From contig CAIMZI010000023.1 in NCBI GenBank assembly GCA_903845935.1, positions 693 to 64,692 on the forward strand: DNA of 64,000 nt, given 5' to 3'. Below, piece by piece: positions 1-8,108 of the stretch; position 1 is the first letter of the stretch, and the number at the start of each line of letters is the position of its first letter. The notes under the pieces were generated by a model that did no database searches, had not been told where the DNA came from, and worked only from the letters and a program-made list of their open reading frames with translations. The DNA comes from an uncultured beta proteobacterium. Its GTDB lineage: Bacteria > Pseudomonadota > Gammaproteobacteria > Burkholderiales > Burkholderiaceae_C. The translations under genes and the position numbers were made by a program.

Positions 1-121
1 GGGTGATGACATCAAAGTACTGGCCCTTCACCGGGGGCACAAATTGGCCGCCGATGAAGTTGTTGTATTGGGCCTTGTAGGCAATCGTGGCACCGACGGC
101 ACCGGGGAACGCGTAGATCAT
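1..121 (-). CDS. NAD-dependent aldehyde dehydrogenase, N-terminal fragment (gene continues past window start)
   Basis: Reverse translation from ATG 121-119 gives MIYAFPGAVGATIAYKAQYNNFIGGQFVPPVKGQYFDVIT, the typical AldB/AcoD/ExaC-type aldehyde dehydrogenase N-terminus. GGAGA Shine-Dalgarno at 127-131 (reverse), 5 nt before the ATG. Too short for the ORF track. Confidence 0.75.
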   Translation of the reverse strand, partial: MIYAFPGAVGATIAYKAQYNNFIGGQFVPPVKGQYFDVIT

Positions 122-178
122 GAATGTCTCCAGAATTTAATAACGGTTGGAACTTTCCCTTGCGGGTGTTCCTTTGTT

Positions 179-194
179 ATCAAGTCGCGTGCCA
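179..194 (-). promoter_or_regulatory. possible sigma-54 (-24/-12) promoter of the aldehyde dehydrogenase gene
   Basis: Reverse strand reads TGGCACGCGACTTGAT. The -24 element and spacing are perfect, but the -12 dinucleotide is GA instead of GC. It lies about 58 nt upstream of the ATG at 121. Confidence 0.25.
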
Positions 195-389
195 TGACCT
201 AAAATTGCTGCTGCTGCCTTGATTTCATTGGGATTTTTCCCATGCGCTCAGCCACTGTTGCGTGCGGATGGCACGCTGGGCATGCTCCAAAATTGGACAG
301 CTGTTGAACAACTGGACAGTTGTCGCGCCCAGCCTCTATGCATGGGATTGCATAGCGCGCTGTGTCACCGGCAGCAAACCACTAGGTAC

Positions 390-875
390 TTAGCGCGCAA
401 TGCGCTTGGCGATCGCATCGGCCCAGATGGCCTTGGACTCCGGATAGATCATCGACTCTTCCAGCGCAATATGTCCATTCATCAGCTCCAGAAACAAGGA
501 GACGTTGTGCTGAAACTCGGCCGCGTCAAACCAGTCATTTCCCTCTGCAATGGCGCGCAGTTGCGGACCTAATTCGATCCAGTTCTCTTCAATAAAACCG
601 TGGTCCTGTTGCAGGCTGCGCACCACGGACTTCATTTCCTCGCTGCCTGTAGCCAGCAGCGGCGGGAACACATGCTTCTCTTCCTGTTCATGATGCTCGC
701 GCGAGGTGCTGGAAAAAAAGGCCTCGATCTCGCCTGCCTGGTGGCGGTCCGCATCGTTCAGGCCCTGGCTTTCCATATGCGAGGCCATGCGCTGCAAGCC
801 CACCAGATGCTCCTGGATTTGCTGATGGCAGGCATCCAGTGCTTTGAATTGCTCGGTAGGTGCGGGTGTGGACAT
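390..875 (-). CDS. hemerythrin-like domain protein
   Basis: ORF 390-1178 trimmed to the ATG at 875 (GGAG 5 nt upstream). The 161-aa product has the His/Glu/Asp pattern of hemerythrin-like cation-binding domains (REHHEQEEKHVFP, QQDHGFIEENW, MNGHIALEE). Confidence 0.8.
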   Translation of the reverse strand: MSTPAPTEQFKALDACHQQIQEHLVGLQRMASHMESQGLNDADRHQAGEIEAFFSSTSREHHEQEEKHVFPPLLATGSEEMKSVVRSLQQDHGFIEENWIELGPQLRAIAEGNDWFDAAEFQHNVSLFLELMNGHIALEESMIYPESKAIWADAIAKRIAR

Positions 876-921
876 GGCGTTCTCCAAGAAAGATAAAAAA
901 TAGGGACTTAGATAGGTGTCA

Positions 922-935
922 CTGACATCGATCAT
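922..935. promoter_or_regulatory. weak FNR/CRP-like box
   Basis: CTGACATCGATCAT compared with consensus TTGAT-N4-ATCAA. Both outer positions mismatch. Its centre is 53 nt from the hemerythrin ATG. Confidence 0.25.
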
Positions 936-978
936 GTTTTTATTTTTGGTTCGCGGGAAGCGTGAATCGCAAATGTTA

Positions 979-992
979 TTGACGAGGGTCAA
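979..992. promoter_or_regulatory. FNR/Dnr-type box (TTGAC-N4-GTCAA) in the hemerythrin / kor divergent intergenic region
   Basis: TTGACGAGGGTCAA is a perfect 5+4+5 inverted repeat. It lies 110 nt from the hemerythrin ATG (875) and 118 nt from the TTG start at 1104. Confidence 0.55.
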
Positions 993-1103
993 ACCGTGAG
1001 CGAATCGTGGATTCCCCCTCTTACGCCAGCAAGCCTGCAACGCTAGACTGAAAACTTCCCGTAGCGGTTCGCTCAAGACAGGCGCACGGAGCAAGGAGAC
1101 AAA

Positions 1104-2930
1104 TTGAACGCAACAAACGTCAATGATCCGGCCTATTTCCATAAGGTCGTCGATTGCCAATGGGCCTGCCCGGCCCATACCCCCGTTCCCGAATACATAC
1201 GCCTGATCGGCCAGGGTCGCTTTGACGACGCCTATATGGTCAACTGGGTGTCCAACGTATTCCCGGGCGTTCTGGGCCGCACCTGCGACCGCCCGTGCGA
1301 GCCCGCGTGTAGACGCTCACGGGTCGAAGAAAATAACGGCGAAAAGCCGGAACCAGTCGCCATTTGCCGCTTGAAGCGCGTGGCGGCCGACAACAAGGTC
1401 GATGTGACCGGCCGCATGCCCGCCATCGCGCCGCCCAACGGCAAGCGCGTCGCCTGTGTAGGTGCCGGCCCTTCGTCGCTGACCGTGGCGCGCGACCTGG
1501 CGCCCCAGGGCTATGCCGTCACGATCTTTGAAGGCGAGGCCAAGGCGGGTGGCTTTATCCGCTCGCAGATTCCGCGCTTTCGTCTGCCCGAGTCGGTGAT
1601 TGACGAGGAGACCGGCTACATCCTGAACATGGGTGTGGACTTCAAGAGCGGATCGCGTGTGGAATCCATGCAGGCGCTGCTGGGAGAAGGCTATGACGCC
1701 ATCTTTGTCGGCTGCGGTGCACCGCGCGGACGCGATCTTGTCATCCCCGGACGCGAGGAAGCAGCTGCCAACATCCACATCGGCATCGACTGGCTGGCCT
1801 CGGTCTCCTTCGGCCATGTCACGAGCGTGGGCGAGCGCGTCATAGTGCTGGGTGGTGGCAACACCGCCATGGACTGCTGCCGCTCGGCCAGGCGCCTGGG
1901 TGGACGCGACGTCAAGGTGATTGTGCGCAGCGGCTTTGAGGAAATGAAGGCCTCGCCCTGGGAGAAGGAAGACGCGGTGCACGAGGGCATCCCCATCCTG
2001 AACTTCCATGTGCCGGTGGCCTTTGAAGTTGATGCCGGCAAGCTCACCGCCATGCGCTTTGAAGTCGTGCGCGCCGAATACGATGCCAAGGGCAAGCGCA
2101 CGCTGGTGCCTACCGGCGAGCCGGAGGTGCGCGTGCCCTGCGACACGGTATTGGTGGCCGTGGGCCAGGAAAACGCATTCCCCTGGATCGAGGCCGAATG
2201 CGGCATTGAATTCGATAAATGGGGTCTGCCCAAGCTGGGTGAGGGTACCTTCCAAAGCACGCGGCCCAAGGTCTTCTTCGGTGGTGACGCGGCCTATGGG
2301 CCCAAGAACATCATCACCGCCGTGGCCCATGGCCATGAAGCCGCGGTGTCGATTGACCGCTTCCTTCATGGCGAAATTGTCGGCAAGCGCCCCGCCGCCA
2401 CGGTGAACCTGATGTCGCAGAAGATGGGCATCCACGAGTGGAGCTACCGCAACGACGTGTCCAACGACACGCGCTTCAAGGTGCCATGGGCGCAGGCTGA
2501 AATCGCCCTGGCCAGCATCAAGGTAGAGGTCGAGTTGGGCTTTGACGCGGCGACGGCCTTCAAGGAGAGTAGCCGCTGTCTGAACTGCGATGTACAGACC
2601 GTGTTCAACCGCGACACCTGCATCGAGTGCGATGCCTGTGTGGACATCTGCCCGATGGACTGCATCACCTTCACCACCGGCGGCGAAGAAGCCGATCTGC
2701 GCACCCGACTGAAGGCGCCAGCCACCCACTTGGAGCAGGACTTGTATGTATCGGGTGTACTCAAGACCGGCCATGTGATGGTGAAGGATGAGGACGTGTG
2801 CCTGCACTGCGGCCTGTGCGCCGAGCGCTGCCCTACCGGCGCCTGGGATATGCAGAAGTTTCTTTTTTCGACCACGCAGGCCGGGCCACGCGCCCGTGAC
2901 CAGCGCAAAAACGCGGGGAAGACAGCATGA
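1104..2930 (+). CDS. GltD-like NAD(P)H flavoprotein fused to a 2x[4Fe-4S] ferredoxin domain (KorC-like partner of 2-oxoglutarate oxidoreductase)
   Basis: TTG start with AAGGAGA 4 nt upstream. The N-terminus has GltD-type Cys clusters (CQWACPAHTPVPEYI, CDRPCEPAC). It has Rossmann motifs (VACVGAGPSSL, VIVLGGGNTAMDC). The C-terminus has two CxxCxxCxxxCP motifs (CIECDACVDICP, CLHCGLCAERCP). The stop overlaps the korA start (ATGA at 2927-2930). Confidence 0.8.
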   Translation: MNATNVNDPAYFHKVVDCQWACPAHTPVPEYIRLIGQGRFDDAYMVNWVSNVFPGVLGRTCDRPCEPACRRSRVEENNGEKPEPVAICRLKRVAADNKVDVTGRMPAIAPPNGKRVACVGAGPSSLTVARDLAPQGYAVTIFEGEAKAGGFIRSQIPRFRLPESVIDEETGYILNMGVDFKSGSRVESMQALLGEGYDAIFVGCGAPRGRDLVIPGREEAAANIHIGIDWLASVSFGHVTSVGERVIVLGGGNTAMDCCRSARRLGGRDVKVIVRSGFEEMKASPWEKEDAVHEGIPILNFHVPVAFEVDAGKLTAMRFEVVRAEYDAKGKRTLVPTGEPEVRVPCDTVLVAVGQENAFPWIEAECGIEFDKWGLPKLGEGTFQSTRPKVFFGGDAAYGPKNIITAVAHGHEAAVSIDRFLHGEIVGKRPAATVNLMSQKMGIHEWSYRNDVSNDTRFKVPWAQAEIALASIKVEVELGFDAATAFKESSRCLNCDVQTVFNRDTCIECDACVDICPMDCITFTTGGEEADLRTRLKAPATHLEQDLYVSGVLKTGHVMVKDEDVCLHCGLCAERCPTGAWDMQKFLFSTTQAGPRARDQRKNAGKTA

Positions 2931-4753
2931 AGCGCATAGCAGCAGTCAACGATTTCGTCATCAAGTTTGCCAACGTCAATGGCTCGGGCTCAGCCTCGGC
3001 CAATGAGCTGTTTGCAAAGGCCGTCATGCGCATGGGCGTACCGGTTAGCCCGCGCAATATCTTTCCCAGCAACATCCAGGGCATGCCGACCTGGTACGAG
3101 GCCCGCGTCTGCGAAAAGGGCTACCACGGTCGTCGCGGCGGTGTGGACATGATGGTGGCCATGAACCCGCAGACCTGGGACACCGACCTGGCCGAGATCG
3201 AGAGTGGCGGCTACCTGTTCTATGACAGCACCAGACCGCTGCCGCCGAACAAATTCCGCGACGACGTGCTGACGATTGGCGTGCCGCTGACCGAAATTGC
3301 CAACGCCGCCTATTCTGAGCCGCGCCAGCGCCAGCTGTTCAAGAACATTATTTACGTTGGTGCCCTGTCCGCCCTGCTGGACGTGGAGGCCGAGGTGTTC
3401 GAGAAGCTGTTTGCAGAGCAGTACAAGGGCAAGGAGCGCCTGCTGGCATCCAATGTGCAGGCCCTGCATCTGGGACGCGATTACGTCAAGGCGCACATGG
3501 CCTACCCGCTGGGCATCCGCGTGCAGCGGGCTGACGCGGTGGGTAACCAGATCTTTACCGATGGCAACAGTGCCGCCGGCTTAGGGCTGGTCTATGGCGG
3601 CGCCACGGTGGCCGCCTGGTACCCGATCACACCCAGCACCTCGGTGCCCGAAGCCTTCCAGAAATACTGCGAAAAATTCCGGGTCGACCCCGAGACCGGC
3701 CAGCACCGCTATGCCATCGTGCAGGCCGAGGACGAGTTGGCCTCGATTGGCATGGTGGTGGGCGCAGGCTGGAATGGCGCACGCGCCTTTACCGCCACCT
3801 CCGGGCCCGGCGTCTCGCTGATGACCGAGTTCATTGGTCTGGCCTACTTTGCCGAAATTCCGGTCACCATCATCAACGTGCAGCGCGGCGGGCCCAGCAC
3901 CGGCATGCCCACGCGCACGCAGCAGGCCGACATCCTGAGTTGCGCCTATGCCTCGCACGGTGACACCAAGCATGTGCTGCTGTTCCCGCAGGACCCGTAT
4001 GAATGCTTCACGCATTCCGCCGCCGCACTCGATCTGGCCGACCGCCTGCAGACGCCGATTTTTGTGATGACCGATCTGGACATCGGCATGAACCAGCGCC
4101 TGTGCAAACCCTTTGTCTGGGACGAGAACAAAGAGTACGACCGCGGCAAGGTGATGACTGCCGAGGAGCTGGAAGCCGGCAAAGACTTTGGCCGCTACAA
4201 GGATGTGGATGGCGACGGCATTCCCTGGCGCACTCTGCCCGGCACCCATCCGACCAAGGGCGCGTTCTTCACGCGGGGTACCACGCGCAACCCCTACGCC
4301 ATGTATTCCGAGCGCGGCCCGGACTACATCTACAACATGGAGCGCCTGCTGCGCAAGTTCAAAACAGCCGCCAATCTGGTGCCGCAACCCATTGTGCGCA
4401 AAGCGCCGGAGGCCACCCGCTTCGGTGTCATCTATTTCGGCTCCACCAGCCCGGCCATGCGCGAGGCCCTGGATGTGATGGAGGCGCAAGGCATTCATCT
4501 GGACGCCATGCGCCTGTGCGCCTATCCGTTCCCGGATTCGGTGCAGACCTTTATTGCCGAGCACGACCAGGTGTTTGTGGTGGAGCAAAACCGCGATGGC
4601 CAGATGCATTCGCTCTTGGTCAACGAACTCGATTTCGATCCGGCCAAACTGCCGCGTGTGCTGCACTACGATGGCACACCGATCACCGCGCGCTTTATCG
4701 CCGGTGCGATTACCAAGCGCATGGAAGCGCAGATGAAAAAGGAAGTGGCATGA
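2927..4753 (+). CDS. korA: 2-oxoglutarate (2-oxoacid):ferredoxin oxidoreductase subunit alpha
   Basis: 608 aa. The N-terminus FVIKFANVNGSGSASANELFAKAVMRMGVPVSPRNIFPSNIQGMPTWYEARV and the central YPITPST motif are typical of fused gamma/alpha KorA. Confidence 0.85.
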   Translation: MKRIAAVNDFVIKFANVNGSGSASANELFAKAVMRMGVPVSPRNIFPSNIQGMPTWYEARVCEKGYHGRRGGVDMMVAMNPQTWDTDLAEIESGGYLFYDSTRPLPPNKFRDDVLTIGVPLTEIANAAYSEPRQRQLFKNIIYVGALSALLDVEAEVFEKLFAEQYKGKERLLASNVQALHLGRDYVKAHMAYPLGIRVQRADAVGNQIFTDGNSAAGLGLVYGGATVAAWYPITPSTSVPEAFQKYCEKFRVDPETGQHRYAIVQAEDELASIGMVVGAGWNGARAFTATSGPGVSLMTEFIGLAYFAEIPVTIINVQRGGPSTGMPTRTQQADILSCAYASHGDTKHVLLFPQDPYECFTHSAAALDLADRLQTPIFVMTDLDIGMNQRLCKPFVWDENKEYDRGKVMTAEELEAGKDFGRYKDVDGDGIPWRTLPGTHPTKGAFFTRGTTRNPYAMYSERGPDYIYNMERLLRKFKTAANLVPQPIVRKAPEATRFGVIYFGSTSPAMREALDVMEAQGIHLDAMRLCAYPFPDSVQTFIAEHDQVFVVEQNRDGQMHSLLVNELDFDPAKLPRVLHYDGTPITARFIAGAITKRMEAQMKKEVA

Positions 4754-5805
4754 CCTACATCGCTAAACCCCGTCTGCACCACCCTACCCTGCACACCAAC
4801 AAGGTCGGCTACACCAGGCGCGACTACGAGGGCCGCATCTCCACCCTGTGCGCGGGTTGCGGCCACGACTCGATCTCGGCGGCCATCATCCAGGCCTGCT
4901 GGGAGCTGGACATCGAGCCGCACCGCGTGGCCAAGCTCTCGGGCATTGGCTGCAGCTCCAAGACGCCGGATTATTTTCTGGGTGCCTCGCACGGCTTCAA
5001 CACCGTGCACGGGCGCATGCCTTCGGTGCTGACCGGTGCCAATCTGGCCAACCGCGACCTGCTGTACCTGGGCGTCTCGGGCGACGGCGATTCGGCCTCC
5101 ATTGGACTGGGCCAATTTGCCAACGCCATGCGCCGCGGCGTGCGCATGGCTTATATCGTGGAAAACAACGGCGTCTACGGCCTGACCAAGGGCCAGTTCT
5201 CCGCCACCGCAGACCGCGGCTCCAAGAGCAAAAAGGGCGTGATCAACAGCGACAGCCCGGTAGATCTGGTGGGCCTGGCGCTGCAACTCGGTGCCACCTA
5301 TGTGGCGCGCAGCTTCAGCGGCGACAAGGCGCAACTCATTCCCCTGATCAAGGGTGCGATTGCCCATGGTGGCGCGGCCTTTATCGACGTCATCAGCCCC
5401 TGCGTGACCTTTAACAACCACGGCGGCAGCACCAAGAGCTACGACTATGTACGCCAGCACAACGAGGCGGTAAGCCGCATAGACTTCATGGTGCCCGGCG
5501 AGGAAATCACCACCAGCTATGCGCCCGGCGAAGTGGTGGACGTAGCCCAGCATGACGGCAGCATCCTGCGACTGCGAAAACTACACGCCGACTATGACCC
5601 CACCGACCGCAATGTGGCCATGAACTACATGCAGCAGCACTCGGCGCGCGGCGAGATCGTCACCGGCCTCTTGTACATGGACCCGCTGGCCACCGACCTG
5701 CACCAGGCGCTCAACACCAGTGTGCATCCACTCAACGGCTTCCATGCGCCCGAGCTCTGCCCGGGCAACAAGGCCTTGGAAAAAATCAACGCCTCGCTAA
5801 GATAA
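4750..5805 (+). CDS. korB: 2-oxoglutarate (2-oxoacid):ferredoxin oxidoreductase subunit beta (TPP-binding)
   Basis: ORF 4003-5805 trimmed to ATG 4750 (ATGA overlap with the korA stop). The product starts MTYIAKPRLHHPTL and has the CAGCGH Fe-S ligands and the GDGDSASIG...ENNGVYGLTKGQ TPP motif. Confidence 0.85.
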   Translation: MTYIAKPRLHHPTLHTNKVGYTRRDYEGRISTLCAGCGHDSISAAIIQACWELDIEPHRVAKLSGIGCSSKTPDYFLGASHGFNTVHGRMPSVLTGANLANRDLLYLGVSGDGDSASIGLGQFANAMRRGVRMAYIVENNGVYGLTKGQFSATADRGSKSKKGVINSDSPVDLVGLALQLGATYVARSFSGDKAQLIPLIKGAIAHGGAAFIDVISPCVTFNNHGGSTKSYDYVRQHNEAVSRIDFMVPGEEITTSYAPGEVVDVAQHDGSILRLRKLHADYDPTDRNVAMNYMQQHSARGEIVTGLLYMDPLATDLHQALNTSVHPLNGFHAPELCPGNKALEKINASLR

Positions 5806-5848
5806 GTTTCTCACGCCCACCCCTATCACGTCCGCACAGGAGGCCGCC

Positions 5849-6289
5849 ATGCCCGAACGTACCGTTTTCCAGTCGATGTCGCAGCGCCACGTGATCAGCG
5901 TGGGGCCGAATGCCAGCCTGTATGACGCAGCCTGTGTGATGACGCGTGCCAACTGTGGCAGTGTGCTCATCATCGACAGCGGCAACACGCTCTTAGGGAT
6001 AGTCACCGAGCGCGACCTGATGACGCGGGTGATGGCCAAGGGGCTGGACCCGGCTACCACCCATTGTTCGGCGGTGATGACGCGCGGCCCGCGCACCGTG
6101 CCACCCGAAACCAAGGTGGCCGACGCAGTCTTGCTGATGATAGAGCGCGGCTTTCGCAACCTGCCGGTGATCACCGCCGAGGGCAAGATTTTGGGCGTGT
6201 TCTCGGCGCGCGATGCCCTGCCGCGCGAGCTCAATGCGGCGGCCAGTCTGGCCGAGTTCAACGAACAGGTAAACGACGCGCTGGGATAA
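5849..6289 (+). CDS. CBS domain-containing protein
   Basis: 146 aa with a tandem CBS pair pattern (VISVGPNASLYDAACVM...GIVTERDL; PRTVPPETKVADAVLLM...GVFSARDAL). It lies 43 nt after korB, so it is probably co-transcribed. Confidence 0.75.
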   Translation: MPERTVFQSMSQRHVISVGPNASLYDAACVMTRANCGSVLIIDSGNTLLGIVTERDLMTRVMAKGLDPATTHCSAVMTRGPRTVPPETKVADAVLLMIERGFRNLPVITAEGKILGVFSARDALPRELNAAASLAEFNEQVNDALG

Positions 6290-6407
6290 TATAATTTTCC
6301 AGGCCGGCGCATTAGCGCGGGCATTCACCTGCGTGGTGGATTTCAGGGGGTAGCGAATATGCACAGACTTTTGAATCCCGCTTTTTACACCTCCGCCAAC
6401 ACACGCC

Positions 6408-7217
6408 ATGAAAAAACTTCTGCTCGCACTCATTTTTGTCTTCAGCCACTACGCCACGGCAGGGGATCTCTTCAACGGCTTAAACGCCAGGCCCTTTGCC
6501 CTGGCCGATACCCTTGAACCGGACGCCAGCATGGGCGCTTATCCGATCTGGAATGGCGAAGGCAAGTGGCGAATTTTTGACATTTCCAAGCGGGAAACCA
6601 CCGGTTCCAGTACCGTTCCGGCCGGAAATCTGGAGTTGTTTCAAACCGAGGGGAAGAATTTTGTTGCCATGATGAGGGTCTCTGCCAATCTGGGCTCGGC
6701 CAGCGTGAAGTGGCTGGGGGAACCTTGCAAGCGAGACAACACGCTGTACAAGGCCAATATTGGCAAGTCCGTCTGGCAAGACAATTGCGTGATGATCAAC
6801 CATATTTCCGGCTTCTACGCCAATCCACCCGCAAGCGGTGTGGCGCTGTATGCCTTGCTCAAGGAACAGGGAATCGAAATACCACCCACCGTCCTGCAGA
6901 TCGAGTTCACCCGCAACGGCAGCAACGGCAACTTCCTCCACACCATTCTGTATGTCAATCCGGAACTGATGGGCTTTTCCCGAGAAACGGAACCCAACTG
7001 GGCTCGCAACCCCTGGCACAAAACCCAGTCATTCAACGATCCGGCCAAAAAGCAATTCATTGATGCGCTGGGTGCCTGGGCATTGAAATTCGGCGGACAG
7101 ATGGACGCCGCACTGGACAAAAAAGCGGACGCGTTTTCTGCAATTCCGTCATGGCGCAGCGTGCTGACCGGGCAGCCCAAACCGGCTATGGCCAAACCCC
7201 AAGTCATCCTGGACTAG
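6408..7217 (+). CDS. exported hypothetical protein (ORFan, lower G+C)
   Basis: Signal peptide MKKLLLALIFVFSHYATA. I recognise no family. Codon usage is visibly more AT-rich than in neighbouring genes. Confidence 0.6.
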   Translation: MKKLLLALIFVFSHYATAGDLFNGLNARPFALADTLEPDASMGAYPIWNGEGKWRIFDISKRETTGSSTVPAGNLELFQTEGKNFVAMMRVSANLGSASVKWLGEPCKRDNTLYKANIGKSVWQDNCVMINHISGFYANPPASGVALYALLKEQGIEIPPTVLQIEFTRNGSNGNFLHTILYVNPELMGFSRETEPNWARNPWHKTQSFNDPAKKQFIDALGAWALKFGGQMDAALDKKADAFSAIPSWRSVLTGQPKPAMAKPQVILD

Positions 7218-7226
7218 CCGGTCTGA

Positions 7227-8027
7227 TCAGCCGAATTGGTAGCTGGCCATGGCCACGCTCATCACATGGTCGACAAAAATGCGATGCCCCCGATCAGCAC
7301 CGGCGGCTCCAGCCACCACCATCAGCGGAATCAAATGGTCTTCGCGCGGGTGGGCCTGGCGGGCAAAGGGTGCCTGCGCCCAGTCCACCAGCAGGGTCTC
7401 GCGCACGGCGGCGTCGGACTGCGTCACGGCATCGTTCAGATAGTTCTCAAAGGCCGCAGCAACCGGGGTAGAGGCCGGGTTACCAAAGCCACGCATATTG
7501 TGATAGGTCAGGCCGCTGCCCAGGATCAGAACGCCTTCGTCGCGCAAGGGTGACAACAGGTGCCCGACGCGGATGTGTTCGGCCGCGTCATAGCCCGACT
7601 TCATCGAGAGCAGAACGATCGGCACATCGGCCTTCGGGTACATCAGGCCCAGGGGCACAAAGGTGCCGTGGTCATAGCCGCGCGCAGCGTCCTGGCGGCA
7701 GCTTATGCCGCCGGAGGCCAGCAGCTCGGTCACACGGGCGGCCAGCGCCGGTGAGCCAGGCGCCGGATATTGCAGCTGGTAGGTGTGGGGCGGGAAGCCG
7801 CTGTAGTCGTAATCCATGGGGGGATGGTCGGAACTGGAGACGCTGAACTCGGGCGCCTCCCAATGGCCGGTGATCACCAGCACCGCCTTGGGTCTCGCAG
7901 GCAGACGCCCGGGCAACGCCGCGAACTCCTGCGCGGTCTTGGCAAACATTTCGCGCATGCCATCCACAAAGGGCCAGGGGCCACCGCCATGAGAGACGAA
8001 CAGGGTGGGAAATCGCGTGCTGGACAT
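7227..8027 (-). CDS. class III extradiol ring-cleavage dioxygenase family protein (LigB/DODA-like)
   Basis: 266 aa with the motifs FVSHGGGPWPF, VITGHWE, YDHGTFVPL and ILGSGLTYHNMRGF, characteristic of the 4,5-DOPA dioxygenase/LigB superfamily. Confidence 0.75.
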   Translation of the reverse strand: MSSTRFPTLFVSHGGGPWPFVDGMREMFAKTAQEFAALPGRLPARPKAVLVITGHWEAPEFSVSSSDHPPMDYDYSGFPPHTYQLQYPAPGSPALAARVTELLASGGISCRQDAARGYDHGTFVPLGLMYPKADVPIVLLSMKSGYDAAEHIRVGHLLSPLRDEGVLILGSGLTYHNMRGFGNPASTPVAAAFENYLNDAVTQSDAAVRETLLVDWAQAPFARQAHPREDHLIPLMVVAGAAGADRGHRIFVDHVMSVAMASYQFG

Positions 8028-8108
8028 GGCCGGCCTTTCTAGTGCTTGAGGTAATTATGCGTGTCCCGCGCAGGACTTAGCGGTGCCGCCTCGCGATAAC
8101 TGCCCTGT

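Noticed and set aside
269-285. TGGCACGCTGGGCATGC as a sigma-54 promoter on the plus strand
   Set aside because: The GC element is displaced by 2 nt relative to the strict GG-N10-GC spacing. No plus-strand gene lies downstream.
1317-2807. 496-aa minus-strand ORF inside the KorC-like gene (and similar ORFs at 3581-4666 and 4666-5553)
   Set aside because: These are antisense to well-supported kor genes. They have low-complexity, Arg/Gly/His-rich translations and no RBS or family signal.
4003-4749. Long N-terminal extensions of several tracked ORFs (korB 4003; icd 15751; porA 15234; MFS 30814; cytochrome-porin 35682; mdtB 37575; ICL-family 57070; isochorismatase 58957; hyuA 61029)
   Set aside because: The extensions overlap the upstream gene in another frame and translate to Arg/Pro-rich nonsense. 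Internal ATGs with an SD or ATGA coupling give N-termini that match the family.
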